Shown here: positions 17,818 through 24,027 of the stretch, in pieces
Layout: each line of letters begins with the position of its first letter
Numbering within the stretch: position 1 is the first letter of the stretch
IMG/VR virus record: IMGVR_UViG_3300042898_004337
Location: 5,607-69,606 of that record
DNA: 64,000 bases
Source: a virus
Reading direction: 5' to 3' (one strand)
Notes under the pieces: model-generated
What the model was told of the DNA's origin: nothing
The model's input: the letters and a program-made list of their open reading frames with translations, nothing else
Database searches by the model: none
Program-made: the position numbers and the translations under genes

Positions 17818-17970
17818 TGATAGATTTGAAAAGACAAGCAGAGTTTACTAGACAGCATACGCTAAGTCCGGAGCAATTTAAAAAATTGCTCGAAGACAAG
17901 ATAGCTCGTGCTAAACAGTATTATGATGCTAGACTTATAAAGCGAGAGGTGCTCAAGGGTGCCGTCTGAA
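17818..17970 (+). CDS. hypothetical small protein (50 aa)
   Basis: AAGGAAG RBS; MIDLKRQAEFTRQH... Confidence 0.3.
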
Positions 17971-18182
17971 TCGCAAAGTGTGAATATACAGGAAACGAGG
18001 TCCTGGCTCTGCACTATAAACACAGAGTAAACGGGCGGACTAGTGGATGGCTTATCCTTATGTGGATAAAAAAATACTAGTTATTAAAGCAAATTGGTAC
18101 CTGCTGACTCTGAATCAGAACAGGACGCATAGCGTAACAGTTTGTTTTAATAAGCACTTTCGAAAGAGAGTGTTAAAAATTT

Positions 18183-18268
18183 GGAGCTTGTCCCCCATTG
18201 CCAGCTGTAACCTGGTAGCCATTATTAAGTGGGGTGGCTGGCAAGAGGTTCGATTCCTTCAGGCTCCA
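18183..18268 (+). tRNA. atypical tRNA-like gene (86 nt; possible GUA anticodon arm, poor D-arm)
   Basis: GGTTCGATTCC T-loop, 7-bp acceptor pairing GGAGCTT/AGGCTCC, encoded CCA. Confidence 0.3.
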
Positions 18269-18278
18269 CCAATTTTAT

Positions 18279-18351
18279 CTCGCATTCGGTTAGCGGCTAT
18301 GCCACCTGGTTTGGGGCCAGGATTTCGAAGGTTCGAGTCCTTCATGCGAGA
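18279..18351 (+). tRNA. tRNA-Pro(UGG)
   Basis: acceptor CTCGCAT/ATGCGAG, anticodon stem CCTGG/CCAGG, loop TTTGGGG, T-arm GAAGG-TTCGAGT-CCTTC, CCA encoded. Confidence 0.7.
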
Positions 18352-18363
18352 CCAAGTTTAAAT

Positions 18364-18452
18364 GGAAAGTAATGCAGCGGGGTTGGTCCTGCGACCAGCC
18401 TTGAAAACTGGGTTCTCAGAAATGGGATGGGGTTCGACTCCTCTGCTTTCCG
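18364..18452 (+). tRNA. tRNA-Ser(UGA), class II
   Basis: acceptor GGAAAGT/GCTTTCC, D-stem GCAG/CTGC with GG loop, loop CTTGAAA, long variable arm, T-loop TTCGACT, CCA. Confidence 0.5.
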
Positions 18453-18461
18453 CCAAGACAA

Positions 18462-18490
18462 TTGACAAATTCTACATAAGATTGTATAAT
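18462..18490 (+). promoter_or_regulatory. sigma70 consensus promoter TTGACA-N17-TATAAT
   Basis: perfect hexamers. Confidence 0.65.
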
Positions 18491-18498
18491 TACATTAT

Positions 18499-18611
18499 AC
18501 GACCGTAAGTGGAATATGGCAGACCTCCCGTTATGCTCATAGCATAGGTCAGGGGAAGGGGCACATAACATAGTTACCGTGCTCTTGTAGGTTCGAGACC
18601 TACCGGTCGTA
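18499..18611 (+). ncRNA. 113-nt tRNA-like RNA (canonical acceptor, T-arm and CCA; expanded internal region)
   Basis: ACGACCG/CGGTCGT acceptor pairing, GTAGG-TTCGAGA-CCTAC T-arm, CCA; about 40 extra internal nt. Confidence 0.3.
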
Positions 18612-18615
18612 CCAG

Positions 18616-18684
18616 TTTTAGGATCAGTTCAGCAAACTTAAAAACTTTTTTATTATTCAAAAAAACCAAAGTTGATCCTGTTTT
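18616..18684 (+). repeat. conserved intergenic hairpin element TTTTAGGAT...CAGCAAAC...ATCCTGTTTT (copy 1)
   Basis: inverted repeat AGGATCA/TGATCCT flanking AT-rich loop; family also at 18765, 19338, 26481. Confidence 0.5.
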
Positions 18685-18689
18685 ATTAT

Positions 18690-18761
18690 GTATCCCTAGT
18701 GTCAGCGGCAGCACGCCGGTCTCCAAAACCGTTAGGCTTGGTTCAAATCCAAGGGGGTATG
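18690..18761 (+). tRNA. tRNA-Trp(CCA)
   Basis: acceptor GTATCCC/GGGGTAT, loop CTCCAAA, T-arm CTTGG-TTCAAAT-CCAAG, CCA. Confidence 0.7.
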
Positions 18762-18764
18762 CCA

Positions 18765-18831
18765 GTTTTAGGATGCGTCCAGCAAATCAAAAAATTCAAC
18801 TTTTAATTGAAAAATAAGCATCCTGTTTTTT
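18765..18831 (+). repeat. conserved intergenic hairpin element (copy 2)
   Basis: TTTTAGGATGCG...CAGCAAAT...GCATCCTGTTTTTT. Confidence 0.5.
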
Positions 18832-18833
18832 GT

Positions 18834-18904
18834 TCCCGGATTGTGTAATGGTAGCACAACAGACTTTGACTCTGTTAGCCTAGGTTCGATCCCTAGTCCG
18901 GGTG
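18834..18904 (+). tRNA. tRNA-Gln(UUG)
   Basis: anticodon stem ACAGA/TCTGT, loop CTTTGAC, T-arm CTAGG-TTCGATC-CCTAG, CCA. Confidence 0.65.
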
Positions 18905-18930
18905 CCAATATTTTGTTAGACTTCTTAGGT

Positions 18931-19001
18931 GTGACTATGTTGTAATGGTAGCAACCTAGACTGTGACTCTGGTAGTACGGGTTCAAATCCCGTTAGTCAC
19001 C
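18931..19001 (+). tRNA. tRNA-His(GUG)
   Basis: acceptor GTGACTA/TAGTCAC, loop CTGTGAC, T-arm ACGGG-TTCAAAT-CCCGT; CCA not encoded. Confidence 0.65.
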
Positions 19002-19016
19002 CCTAAGTAGTTTATT

Positions 19017-19087
19017 CCTCTTGTAGTTAAATGGTATAACAGTCGGCTGATAACCGGCCATTACAAGTTCGATTCTTGTCGAGAGGA
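19017..19087 (+). tRNA. tRNA-Ile(GAU)
   Basis: anticodon stem GTCGG/CCGGC, loop CTGATAA, T-arm ACAAG-TTCGATT-CTTGT, CCA. Confidence 0.65.
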
Positions 19088-19095
19088 CCAATTAT

Positions 19096-19170
19096 GTAGC
19101 GGTGGCAGAGTGGCCCAATGCAATGGATTGCAAATCCGTAAAACCGTGAGTTCAAATCTCACCCGCTATT
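19096..19170 (+). tRNA. tRNA-Cys(GCA)
   Basis: loop TTGCAAA, T-arm GTGAG-TTCAAAT-CTCAC, acceptor GTAGCGG/CCGCTAT, CCA. Confidence 0.6.
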
Positions 19171-19180
19171 CCAGTTTATT

Positions 19181-19253
19181 GCCCTTGAAGCCTTTAATGG
19201 ATGAGGTCCTGTCTTGTAAGCAGGGGAAGTCGGTTCGATTCCGGACTAGGGCA
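19181..19253 (+). tRNA. tRNA-Thr(UGU)
   Basis: anticodon stem CCTGT/GCAGG, loop CTTGTAA, T-loop TTCGATT, CCA. Confidence 0.6.
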
Positions 19254-19263
19254 CCAGGTTAAT

Positions 19264-19334
19264 GCGTGGTTCGTTTAATGGTAAGATCACTGGCTTCCAC
19301 CCAGTAGTTAAGGGTTCGATTCCCTTACCCCGCA
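19264..19334 (+). tRNA. tRNA-Gly(UCC)
   Basis: anticodon stem ACTGG/CCAGT, loop CTTCCAC, T-arm AAGGG-TTCGATT-CCCTT, CCA. Confidence 0.6.
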
Positions 19335-19337
19335 CCA

Positions 19338-19406
19338 GTTTAGGATACTTACAGCAAACCAAAATATTTCACTTTTTGGCTGTGAAAAGCAAACAGTATC
19401 CTGTTT
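19338..19406 (+). repeat. conserved intergenic hairpin element (copy 3)
   Basis: GTTTAGGATACT...CAGCAAAC...AGTATCCTGTTT. Confidence 0.5.
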
Positions 19407-19449
19407 AATAATGTTGTTAAAATACAACAAAAAATAGTTGCAAAGACTA

Positions 19450-19478
19450 TTGACAAGGAGGTAAAACCTTGCTATAAT
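19450..19478 (+). promoter_or_regulatory. sigma70 consensus promoter TTGACA-N17-TATAAT
   Basis: perfect hexamers. Confidence 0.65.
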
Positions 19479-19552
19479 TAACACATACACTAAGCAATTA
19501 GATGTAAATGTTCTTTAAAAATTTACAGTATAAGAAGTTCTTATACACATGC

Positions 19553-19635
19553 ACACAAAAGCGTAGGCCACGCTGATGTGACGGAACACAGCCTTTGGTT
19601 TCAGAGGTTTGCAGGTTCAACTCCTGTTAGTGTGC
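19553..19635 (+). ncRNA. atypical tRNA-like element (83 nt, T-arm GCAGG-TTCAACT-CCTGT, no CCA)
   Basis: T-arm present; acceptor pairing imperfect. Confidence 0.25.
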
Positions 19636-19652
19636 AGTTGTATAAGAATTTT

Positions 19653-19724
19653 ACTCCGGTCGTCTAGTGGCTAGGACGCCAGCCTTTCAAGTTGGAGAAG
19701 CGGGATCGAAACCCGTTCGGAGTA
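19653..19724 (+). tRNA. tRNA-Glu(UUC)
   Basis: acceptor ACTCCGG/TCGGAGT, D-arm GTCT-AGTGGCTA-GGAC, loop CTTTCAA, T-arm GCGGG-ATCGAAA-CCCGT, CCA. Confidence 0.7.
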
Positions 19725-19734
19725 CCAAGTTAAT

Positions 19735-19810
19735 GGGAAGTTACTGTCACATATGGGAGACAGCAGTTTGTAACTCAAGCTGGGCAATGGTTAAACTCCA
19801 TTACTTTCCA
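19735..19810 (+). tRNA. tRNA, anticodon uncertain (loop GTAACTC; AAC?)
   Basis: acceptor GGGAAGT/ACTTTCC, 5-bp D-stem, T-arm AATGG-TTAAACT-CCATT, CCA. Confidence 0.45.
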
Positions 19811-19817
19811 CCAATAT

Positions 19818-19890
19818 GCCGTTGTAGTCCTCTGGGTAGGGCACCTGATTGTCTATCAGATTTAGGCGGGTTCGATTCCCGTCGACGGCG
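19818..19890 (+). tRNA. tRNA-Asp(GUC)
   Basis: acceptor GCCGTTG/CGACGGC, loop TTGTCTA, T-arm GCGGG-TTCGATT-CCCGT, CCA. Confidence 0.65.
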
Positions 19891-19900
19891 CCAAGTTTAT

Positions 19901-19984
19901 GGAGATGTAGGAAAATTGGTAACCCCAGTGGACTGTAAATCCGCCGCCCGAAAGGCACTACTGGTTCGACTCCAGTCGTCTCCA
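19901..19984 (+). tRNA. tRNA-Tyr(GUA), class II
   Basis: acceptor GGAGATG/CGTCTCC, anticodon stem GTGGA/TCCGC, loop CTGTAAA, long variable arm, T-arm ACTGG-TTCGACT-CCAGT, CCA. Confidence 0.65.
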
Positions 19985-20084
19985 CCAAGTATCTCGAAAG
20001 AGTTTTTGCACAAAGAAAAGTGTGCAGAGTAAAAGCAGTATAATCTAGCCATTGTCTGCTCAAACAAAACAAGGGTCCGAATAT

Positions 20085-20157
20085 GCTTCGTTAGCTCAAT
20101 TGGGAGAGCGCGACACTGTCACTGTCGAGGTAAGGGGATCGAAACCCCTACGAGGCG
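20085..20157 (+). tRNA. tRNA-Asp(GUC) (second copy)
   Basis: D-arm GCTC-AATTGGGA-GAGC, anticodon stem CGACA/TGTCG, loop CTGTCAC, T-arm AGGGG-ATCGAAA-CCCCT, CCA. Confidence 0.6.
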
Positions 20158-20181
20158 CCAAACACGCAAAGAGAATTCTTT

Positions 20182-20260
20182 GCTCCGTAGAATCCGAGCC
20201 AGGTGCACGGACTTGACTGTTAATCAATGACTAGCTGGGTTCGAGTCCCAGATACGGAGC
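20182..20260 (+). ncRNA. atypical tRNA-like element (79 nt; T-arm CTGGG-TTCGAGT-CCCAG, perfect acceptor GCTCCGT/ACGGAGC, no CCA)
   Basis: canonical termini, non-canonical interior. Confidence 0.3.
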
Positions 20261-20274
20261 AAAGAGTTTTTAAT

Positions 20275-20346
20275 GGGGGCAGCAGAGGGCTGCGGAGTTG
20301 CCTTGCAAGCATCTTGTCTAGAGGGGTTCGATACCCCCGGCCTCCA
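20275..20346 (+). ncRNA. atypical tRNA-like element (T-loop TTCGATA, CCA; interior does not fold canonically)
   Basis: GGGGTTCGATACCCCC T-arm then GGCCTCC-A-CCA. Confidence 0.3.
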
Positions 20347-20357
20347 CCAAAGAATAT

Positions 20358-20439
20358 GGGATTTGAATACGTACATATAGGACGAAACTGTGTGAAACTC
20401 ACGCAGGCTGAACAGGTGAAAGCTCCTGTCAAATTCCAC
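20358..20439 (+). ncRNA. atypical tRNA-like element (82 nt; acceptor GGGATTT/AAATTCC plus CCA; no TTC T-loop)
   Basis: acceptor pairing and CCA seen; T-arm non-canonical. Confidence 0.25.
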
Positions 20440-20447
20440 CAAGATAT

Positions 20448-20519
20448 GGGCTGTTAGTGATAATGGGAGCACGGGGGCTTTGCACGTCTCAGGTAAGAGT
20501 TCGATTCCCGTCCACGGCG
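20448..20519 (+). pseudogene. tRNA-Ala(UGC)-like degenerate paralogue of 24674-24745
   Basis: GGGCTGTTAGTGATAATGGGAGCAC...TTTGCAC near-identical to tRNA-Ala 5' part, but 3' acceptor strand CCACGGC cannot pair with 5' GGGCTGT. Confidence 0.4.
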
Positions 20520-20529
20520 CCAAACAATA

Positions 20530-20602
20530 GCCACAATAGCTCCAATGGTAGAGCAGAGGACTGAAAATTCTTGTGTTGCTGGTTCGAGTCCAGCTTGTGG
20601 CA
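20530..20602 (+). tRNA. tRNA-Phe(GAA)
   Basis: acceptor GCCACAA/TTGTGGC, D-arm GCTC-CAATGGTA-GAGC, loop CTGAAAA, T-arm GCTGG-TTCGAGT-CCAGC, CCA. Confidence 0.75.
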
Positions 20603-20612
20603 CCAACAATTT

Positions 20613-20684
20613 GCCCCCGTAGTATAATGGATAATACTCTAGGCTACGAACTTGGTAATGGTGGTTCGATTCCATCCGGGGGCA
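20613..20684 (+). tRNA. tRNA-Arg(ACG)
   Basis: acceptor GCCCCCG/CGGGGGC, D-arm GTAT-AATGGATA-ATAC, loop CTACGAA, T-loop TTCGATT, CCA. Confidence 0.7.
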
Positions 20685-20697
20685 CCAACAATTTAAT

Positions 20698-20769
20698 ACC
20701 GGGTTAGCTCAGTGGTAGAGCAGCGCCTTGATAAGGCGTTGGTCGCAGGTTCGAATCCCGCATCCGGTA
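20698..20769 (+). tRNA. tRNA-Ile(GAU) (second copy)
   Basis: D-arm GCTC-AGTGGTAG-AGC, anticodon stem GCGCC/GGCGT, loop TTGATAA, T-loop TTCGAAT, CCA. Confidence 0.65.
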
Positions 20770-20779
20770 CCAAAAACAG

Positions 20780-20808
20780 TTGACAACTACTGAAAAAGGT
20801 TGTATAAT
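20780..20808 (+). promoter_or_regulatory. sigma70 consensus promoter TTGACA-N17-TATAAT
   Basis: perfect hexamers. Confidence 0.65.
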
Positions 20809-20927
20809 AGAAACTTAAACACAAAAGAGGTAATGACATGAAACGTTCAGGCAAACGATAGTGTCAACTTTAGATCCCGTATATGGTCTAAGGTTGGCAC
20901 ATTAAAGACAAATTTAATATGCAACAA

Positions 20928-21001
20928 CCCTAGCTGGCGTTTAACGGTAGCGTACTCGGCTCTTAACCGATGAGGTGTCAGTTCGAATCTGACGCTAGGG
21001 A
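20928..21001 (+). tRNA. tRNA-Lys(CUU)
   Basis: acceptor CCCTAGC/GCTAGGG, loop CTCTTAA, T-arm GTCAG-TTCGAAT-CTGAC, CCA. Confidence 0.6.
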
Positions 21002-21009
21002 CCATATAT

Positions 21010-21084
21010 GGGATTGTAGTGTCAACGGTTTAGCACAGCGGACTTTTAATCCGCCAGGTCCCGGTTCGAATCCGGGCAGTCCTA
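21010..21084 (+). tRNA. tRNA-Lys(UUU)
   Basis: anticodon stem GCGGA/TCCGC, loop CTTTTAA, T-arm CCCGG-TTCGAAT-CCGGG, CCA. Confidence 0.7.
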
Positions 21085-21096
21085 CCATATCAAAGC

Positions 21097-21171
21097 TCAC
21101 TAGAACTAGTGTGGGCATCCGCTTCCTCACGTAGTGCAGGAGGCGTAACGGTTCGATTCCGCTAGTGTGTT
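21097..21171 (+). ncRNA. atypical tRNA-like element (T-loop TTCGATT; acceptor unclear)
   Basis: T-arm only; no clean acceptor pairing or CCA. Confidence 0.2.
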
Positions 21172-21178
21172 TTGATAT

Positions 21179-21250
21179 GGTAACGTAGCATAATGGTTGT
21201 GCAACACCTTCATACGGTGCCCGGTGTGAGTTCGAATCTCACCGTTACTA
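21179..21250 (+). tRNA. tRNA-Met(CAU) (copy 1)
   Basis: acceptor GGTAACG/CGTTACT, loop TTCATAC, T-arm GTGAG-TTCGAAT-CTCAC, CCA. Confidence 0.65.
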
Positions 21251-21258
21251 CCAAACAT

Positions 21259-21331
21259 GTCCCATTCATCTAGAGGCCTAGGATAGTACCCTTTCACGGT
21301 ATTTACAGCGGTTCGAATCCGCTATGGGACG
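21259..21331 (+). tRNA. tRNA-Glu(UUC) (second copy)
   Basis: acceptor GTCCCAT/ATGGGAC, anticodon stem GTACC/GGTAT, loop CTTTCAC, T-arm AGCGG-TTCGAAT-CCGCT, CCA. Confidence 0.6.
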
Positions 21332-21364
21332 CCAAGTTTTGTTAGAGTGTCAGCAAGTAGAGTC

Positions 21365-21432
21365 ACGCTGTTTAGGTTTCTTCGAAGGACTGAAACAGTA
21401 GAAGGTAGCGGGTTCGATCCCCGTCCGATCGG
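21365..21432 (+). ncRNA. structured RNA with T-arm-like hairpin (GCGGG-TTCGATC-CCCGT) followed by CCGATCGGAAGATCGG palindrome
   Basis: CTGTTT...AAACAG long stem plus T-arm motif; no acceptor pairing. Confidence 0.2.
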
Positions 21433-21560
21433 AAGATCGGAATACAGTTGGAGTATCGTCTGGACAAAGCCCAAGTGACGTATCTTGACCCTGCCGGCTT
21501 TATTACAAGGGAAAATGGTTGCGATATGAGGGACGCAACAACTTTAACAAATTCAACAAT

Positions 21561-21636
21561 GCCCCTTTAGCCCAATTTGGTATGAGGCGTCTCTCTCAAA
21601 AGGAGAATCGTGTCGGTTCGAATCCGACAAGGGGTA
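21561..21636 (+). tRNA. class-I tRNA with leucine-type anticodon CAA (short variable loop)
   Basis: acceptor GCCCCTT/AAGGGGT, D region TAGCCCAATTTGGTA, anticodon stem TCTCT/GGAGA, loop CTCAAAA, T-arm GTCGG-TTCGAAT-CCGAC, CCA. Confidence 0.5.
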
Positions 21637-21797
21637 CCAAGTTTCGAGATAGACGTAGAAGTTGAGTCCCTTGTGCGCTAGGTCCCTATTCTTGAGACTG
21701 ACACACCAGTAGCAACACAAGGTAGTATAAACTCCTTCATACGAGACAAGCCAATGAGTCCTTGAGAAAGATAGTTGGTCTCTCGAAAACCTATTCA

Positions 21798-21872
21798 TGC
21801 CCTTGTAGCCCAATTGGTAGCAGGCAGTGGCCTTAGAAGTCATTCAGTCTCAGTTCGAATCTGAGCAAGGGT
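21798..21872 (+). tRNA. class-I tRNA with leucine-type anticodon UAG (short variable loop)
   Basis: same scaffold GCCCTTGTAGCCCAATTGGTAGCAGGC, stem GTGGC/GTCAT, loop CTTAGAA, T-arm CTCAG-TTCGAAT-CTGAG, CCA. Confidence 0.5.
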
Positions 21873-21883
21873 ACCAAAGTTTC

Positions 21884-21999
21884 CGGAGCCTTGGTGTAAT
21901 GGTAGCACACGTAGAAAGTGATCCTGACAAGGATACGATACAGCAGCCAATTCATTCCATTCATAAGGACGAGATCGGGGTTCGAATCCCTGGGGCTCC
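21884..21999 (+). ncRNA. 116-nt tRNA-like gene with about 44-nt internal insertion
   Basis: acceptor GGAGCCT/GGGCTCC, D-arm GTGT-AATGGTA-GCAC, T-arm CGGGG-TTCGAAT-CCCTG, CCA; interior too long. Confidence 0.3.
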
Positions 22000-22006
22000 A
22001 CCAATA

Positions 22007-22078
22007 TAGTTCCTTAGCGTAGAGGTAGCGCGGCACCTTGACATGGTGTAGGTCACTGGTTCAATCCCAGTAGGAACT
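22007..22078 (+). tRNA. tRNA-Val(GAC)
   Basis: acceptor AGTTCCT/AGGAACT, anticodon stem GCACC/GGTGT, loop TTGACAT, T-arm ACTGG-TTCAATC-CCAGT, CCA. Confidence 0.65.
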
Positions 22079-22086
22079 ACCAACTA

Positions 22087-22161
22087 TGCCCCTGTAGCCC
22101 AATTGGTAGCAGGCAACAGTCTTAAACATTGTCAAGTACCGGTTCGAATCCGGTCAGGGGT
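22087..22161 (+). tRNA. class-I tRNA with leucine-type anticodon UAA (short variable loop)
   Basis: scaffold GCCCCTGTAGCCCAATTGGTAGCAGGC, stem ACAGT/ATTGT, loop CTTAAAC, T-arm ACCGG-TTCGAAT-CCGGT, CCA. Confidence 0.5.
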
Positions 22162-22170
22162 ACCAAACAA

Positions 22171-22257
22171 TAGTGAGTTGCCAGAGAGGCCTATTGGCGC
22201 ATCTTGGAAAGGTGATGGTTCCGTAAGGGGCACGAGAGTTCGAATCTCTCACTCACT
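22171..22257 (+). tRNA. tRNA-Ser(GGA), class II
   Basis: acceptor AGTGAGT/ACTCACT, loop TTGGAAA, long variable arm, T-arm GAGAG-TTCGAAT-CTCTC, CCA. Confidence 0.55.
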
Positions 22258-22262
22258 GCCAC

Positions 22263-22334
22263 ACCGCTTTCGTATAATGGATAATACGGCAGGCTTCTAC
22301 CCTGCGAATATGGGTTCGATTCCTGTAGGCGGTG
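22263..22334 (+). tRNA. tRNA-Arg(UCU)
   Basis: D-arm GTAT-AATGGATA-ATAC, stem GCAGG/CCTGC, loop CTTCTAC, T-loop TTCGATT, CCA. Confidence 0.65.
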
Positions 22335-22341
22335 CCAGTTT

Positions 22342-22413
22342 CGGTCTTTGGTGAAATGGATATCATCTCGGTCTTCGAAACCGAGGGTGGGAGTTCGATC
22401 CTCTCAAGACCGG
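22342..22413 (+). tRNA. tRNA-Arg(UCG)
   Basis: acceptor CGGTCTT/AAGACCG, stem TCGGT/ACCGA, loop CTTCGAA, T-arm GGGAG-TTCGATC-CTCTC, CCA. Confidence 0.65.
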
Positions 22414-22420
22414 CCATTTT

Positions 22421-22492
22421 CTCGCTATAGTTCAACGGATAGAATAGAAGTTTCCTAAACTTTTGATCCCTGTTCGATTCGGGGTAGCGGGA
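22421..22492 (+). tRNA. tRNA-Arg(CCU)
   Basis: acceptor CTCGCTA/TAGCGGG, stem GAAGT/ACTTT, loop TTCCTAA, T-arm CCCTG-TTCGATT-CGGGG, CCA. Confidence 0.6.
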
Positions 22493-22499
22493 CCAATCT

Positions 22500-22570
22500 G
22501 CTCTTGTAGTACAATGGTAGTACACTGTCTTGGTACGACAGCGATTCAAGTTCGATTCTTGACTTGAGCA
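22500..22570 (+). tRNA. tRNA-Thr(GGU)
   Basis: D-arm GTAC-AATGGTA-GTAC, stem CTGTC/GACAG, loop TTGGTAC, T-arm TCAAG-TTCGATT-CTTGA, CCA; two T-T mismatches in acceptor. Confidence 0.55.
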
Positions 22571-23283
22571 CCATCAATTTTTTCTAGAATAATGTCAGTT
22601 AGACTTTTATGAAAATTAATTCCTAGATGTATTAAATCTCTAGCAAGGGTATTATTTTCGTTTTTAATAGCCACAATATCATCAATATAAACAAATTTAA
22701 TATTCAACTGTTTACATAGATACTGAACAGCCATCATATTTTTCATCTTATTTAAATAGATATTTTCTTCAGTACTTAACCATTCTTTATATAAGTCTGG
22801 TTGTGATCCCCATCCTGGTGCTAAATTTCTAGCACTATCAATACCAAGGATCTCTATTCTTGCCGGATAAAGTATCGAAAGTACAACTATCTTAGGGCGC
22901 AACTTTTCTAAATAATGTAATGCTAATCTAAATGCAGTATCACTACTAGACCCTGCTATTCCTAAATTTAAACATTTAAGGTTTAACAAGGAAGAGACCT
23001 TAGTAGGAAATATATCATCCAACGGTAATCCAATACCCATGGTAATACTGCATCCTAAAAATAAAATGCTGTCTTCTTGTGTAAATTCTGCACTACGAAA
23101 CCCTTCGCTATTAAAAGTATAAGATATAGATCTACTTGTCCATTTATTTTCTATTAATTGTTGAGGATTATTTTTTAGATTGATTTTGAATTGTTCCAAT
23201 GAATCAGGAGTAATCCAATTTACAGAAGTGTTTTTACGTTTATAAAACGTATTAAAACAAGGTTTATTAATGTCCATGCACAT
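22546..23283 (-). CDS. SGNH/GDSL-like hydrolase family protein (hypothetical)
   Basis: 245-aa ORF; FLGCSITMGIG resembles a degenerate GDS(L) block; 3' end overlaps tRNA-Thr by about 25 nt. Confidence 0.4.
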   Translation of the reverse strand: MCMDINKPCFNTFYKRKNTSVNWITPDSLEQFKINLKNNPQQLIENKWTSRSISYTFNSEGFRSAEFTQEDSILFLGCSITMGIGLPLDDIFPTKVSSLLNLKCLNLGIAGSSSDTAFRLALHYLEKLRPKIVVLSILYPARIEILGIDSARNLAPGWGSQPDLYKEWLSTEENIYLNKMKNMMAVQYLCKQLNIKFVYIDDIVAIKNENNTLARDLIHLGINFHKSLTDIILEKIDGAQVKNRT

Positions 23284-23323
23284 ATTTATATGAACATTTT
23301 TTACAAAAATTTCAAAATACTTA

Positions 23324-23352
23324 TTGACAATCTGAGCAAAAGGCGCTATAAT
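23324..23352 (+). promoter_or_regulatory. sigma70 consensus promoter TTGACA-N17-TATAAT
   Basis: perfect hexamers. Confidence 0.65.
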
Positions 23353-23499
23353 TATTACATAGTAGCAAACGATAGAGTTAGTTACTAACCAGCTCCTTAA
23401 AAATTTAAAGTTTCAATTTTGCTCCGATGGTGAAATAGGTAGACACAAACTAGTGTGTTTTCTGTGCGTTTAGTATAAATAAACACATAGGAGATCATT

Positions 23500-23937
23500 A
23501 TGATAGATGTTACTGAATTCATTAATCGGAGTAGAGAAGATAGACGCAGTCACTTATGTTTAAGTGAACCGTGCTGTGAGCGTGGAGGTAACTCCACTAA
23601 TCACAAAGGTGTATTAGCCCAGTATCTGGATACAACTATTCCTTCTGGAAGAATTTTATTGTGTCACGCTTGCAACAATTCTAAATGTAGTAATCCAAAA
23701 CATCTTTATTGGGGCACGGATTACGATAACATTATAGTTGATGGTAGCGAGTTTAACACTCATAAGAGTCCTTGGGAACGAAGAGTTGAAAAATATGGAT
23801 ACGAAAAGGCTTGTGCTATGAATAGCAAAGTTGGCAATACTAACGGTTCAGGCAATAAGGGGAAACCCAAAAGCGAAGAGCATAAGAAAAAGATTGCGGA
23901 ATCTATCAAAAGAAAGTATAATATTAACAACAGTTGA
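23500..23937 (+). CDS. HNH homing endonuclease-like protein
   Basis: AGGAGA RBS; Cys/His-rich LLCHACNN...CSNPKHL HNH-like core; located between tRNA genes. Confidence 0.5.
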   Translation: MIDVTEFINRSREDRRSHLCLSEPCCERGGNSTNHKGVLAQYLDTTIPSGRILLCHACNNSKCSNPKHLYWGTDYDNIIVDGSEFNTHKSPWERRVEKYGYEKACAMNSKVGNTNGSGNKGKPKSEEHKKKIAESIKRKYNINNS

Positions 23938-23945
23938 TATTAAAT

Positions 23946-24027
23946 GCGAGAGTGGAGAAATGGTATACTCAGAAGACTTAAAATCTTCCGCTATAATGGC
24001 ATGCGGGTTCGAGTCCCGCCTCTCGCA
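23946..24027 (+). tRNA. tRNA-Leu(UAA), class II
   Basis: acceptor GCGAGAG/CTCTCGC, stem GAAGA/TCTTC, loop CTTAAAA, long variable arm, T-arm GCGGG-TTCGAGT-CCCGC, CCA. Confidence 0.65.

Noticed and set aside
18047-18361. ORF-track ORFs spanning the tRNA array (e.g. 18047-18361, 19667-20032, 20224-20523, 21553-21843, 22253-22549, 24411-24791, 26211-26480)
   Set aside because: They overlap multiple tRNA genes with T-loop/acceptor structure, have no RBS, and their composition is tRNA-like. They are treated as spurious.
20006-20044. Candidate promoter TTGCAC...TATAAT before tRNA-Asp copy 2
   Set aside because: The spacer between the putative -35 and -10 is about 27 nt, incompatible with sigma70 geometry.
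20838-20861. 7-codon ORF MKRSGKR with AAGAGG RBS right after promoter at 20780
   Set aside because: Too short to call; possibly a leader peptide, but there is no supporting evidence.
23417-23442. tRNA 5'-half-like sequence (acceptor+D-arm) upstream of HNH gene
   Set aside because: No matching anticodon arm, T-arm or 3' acceptor follows, so it is most likely a remnant. It is mentioned in a finding but not called as a gene.
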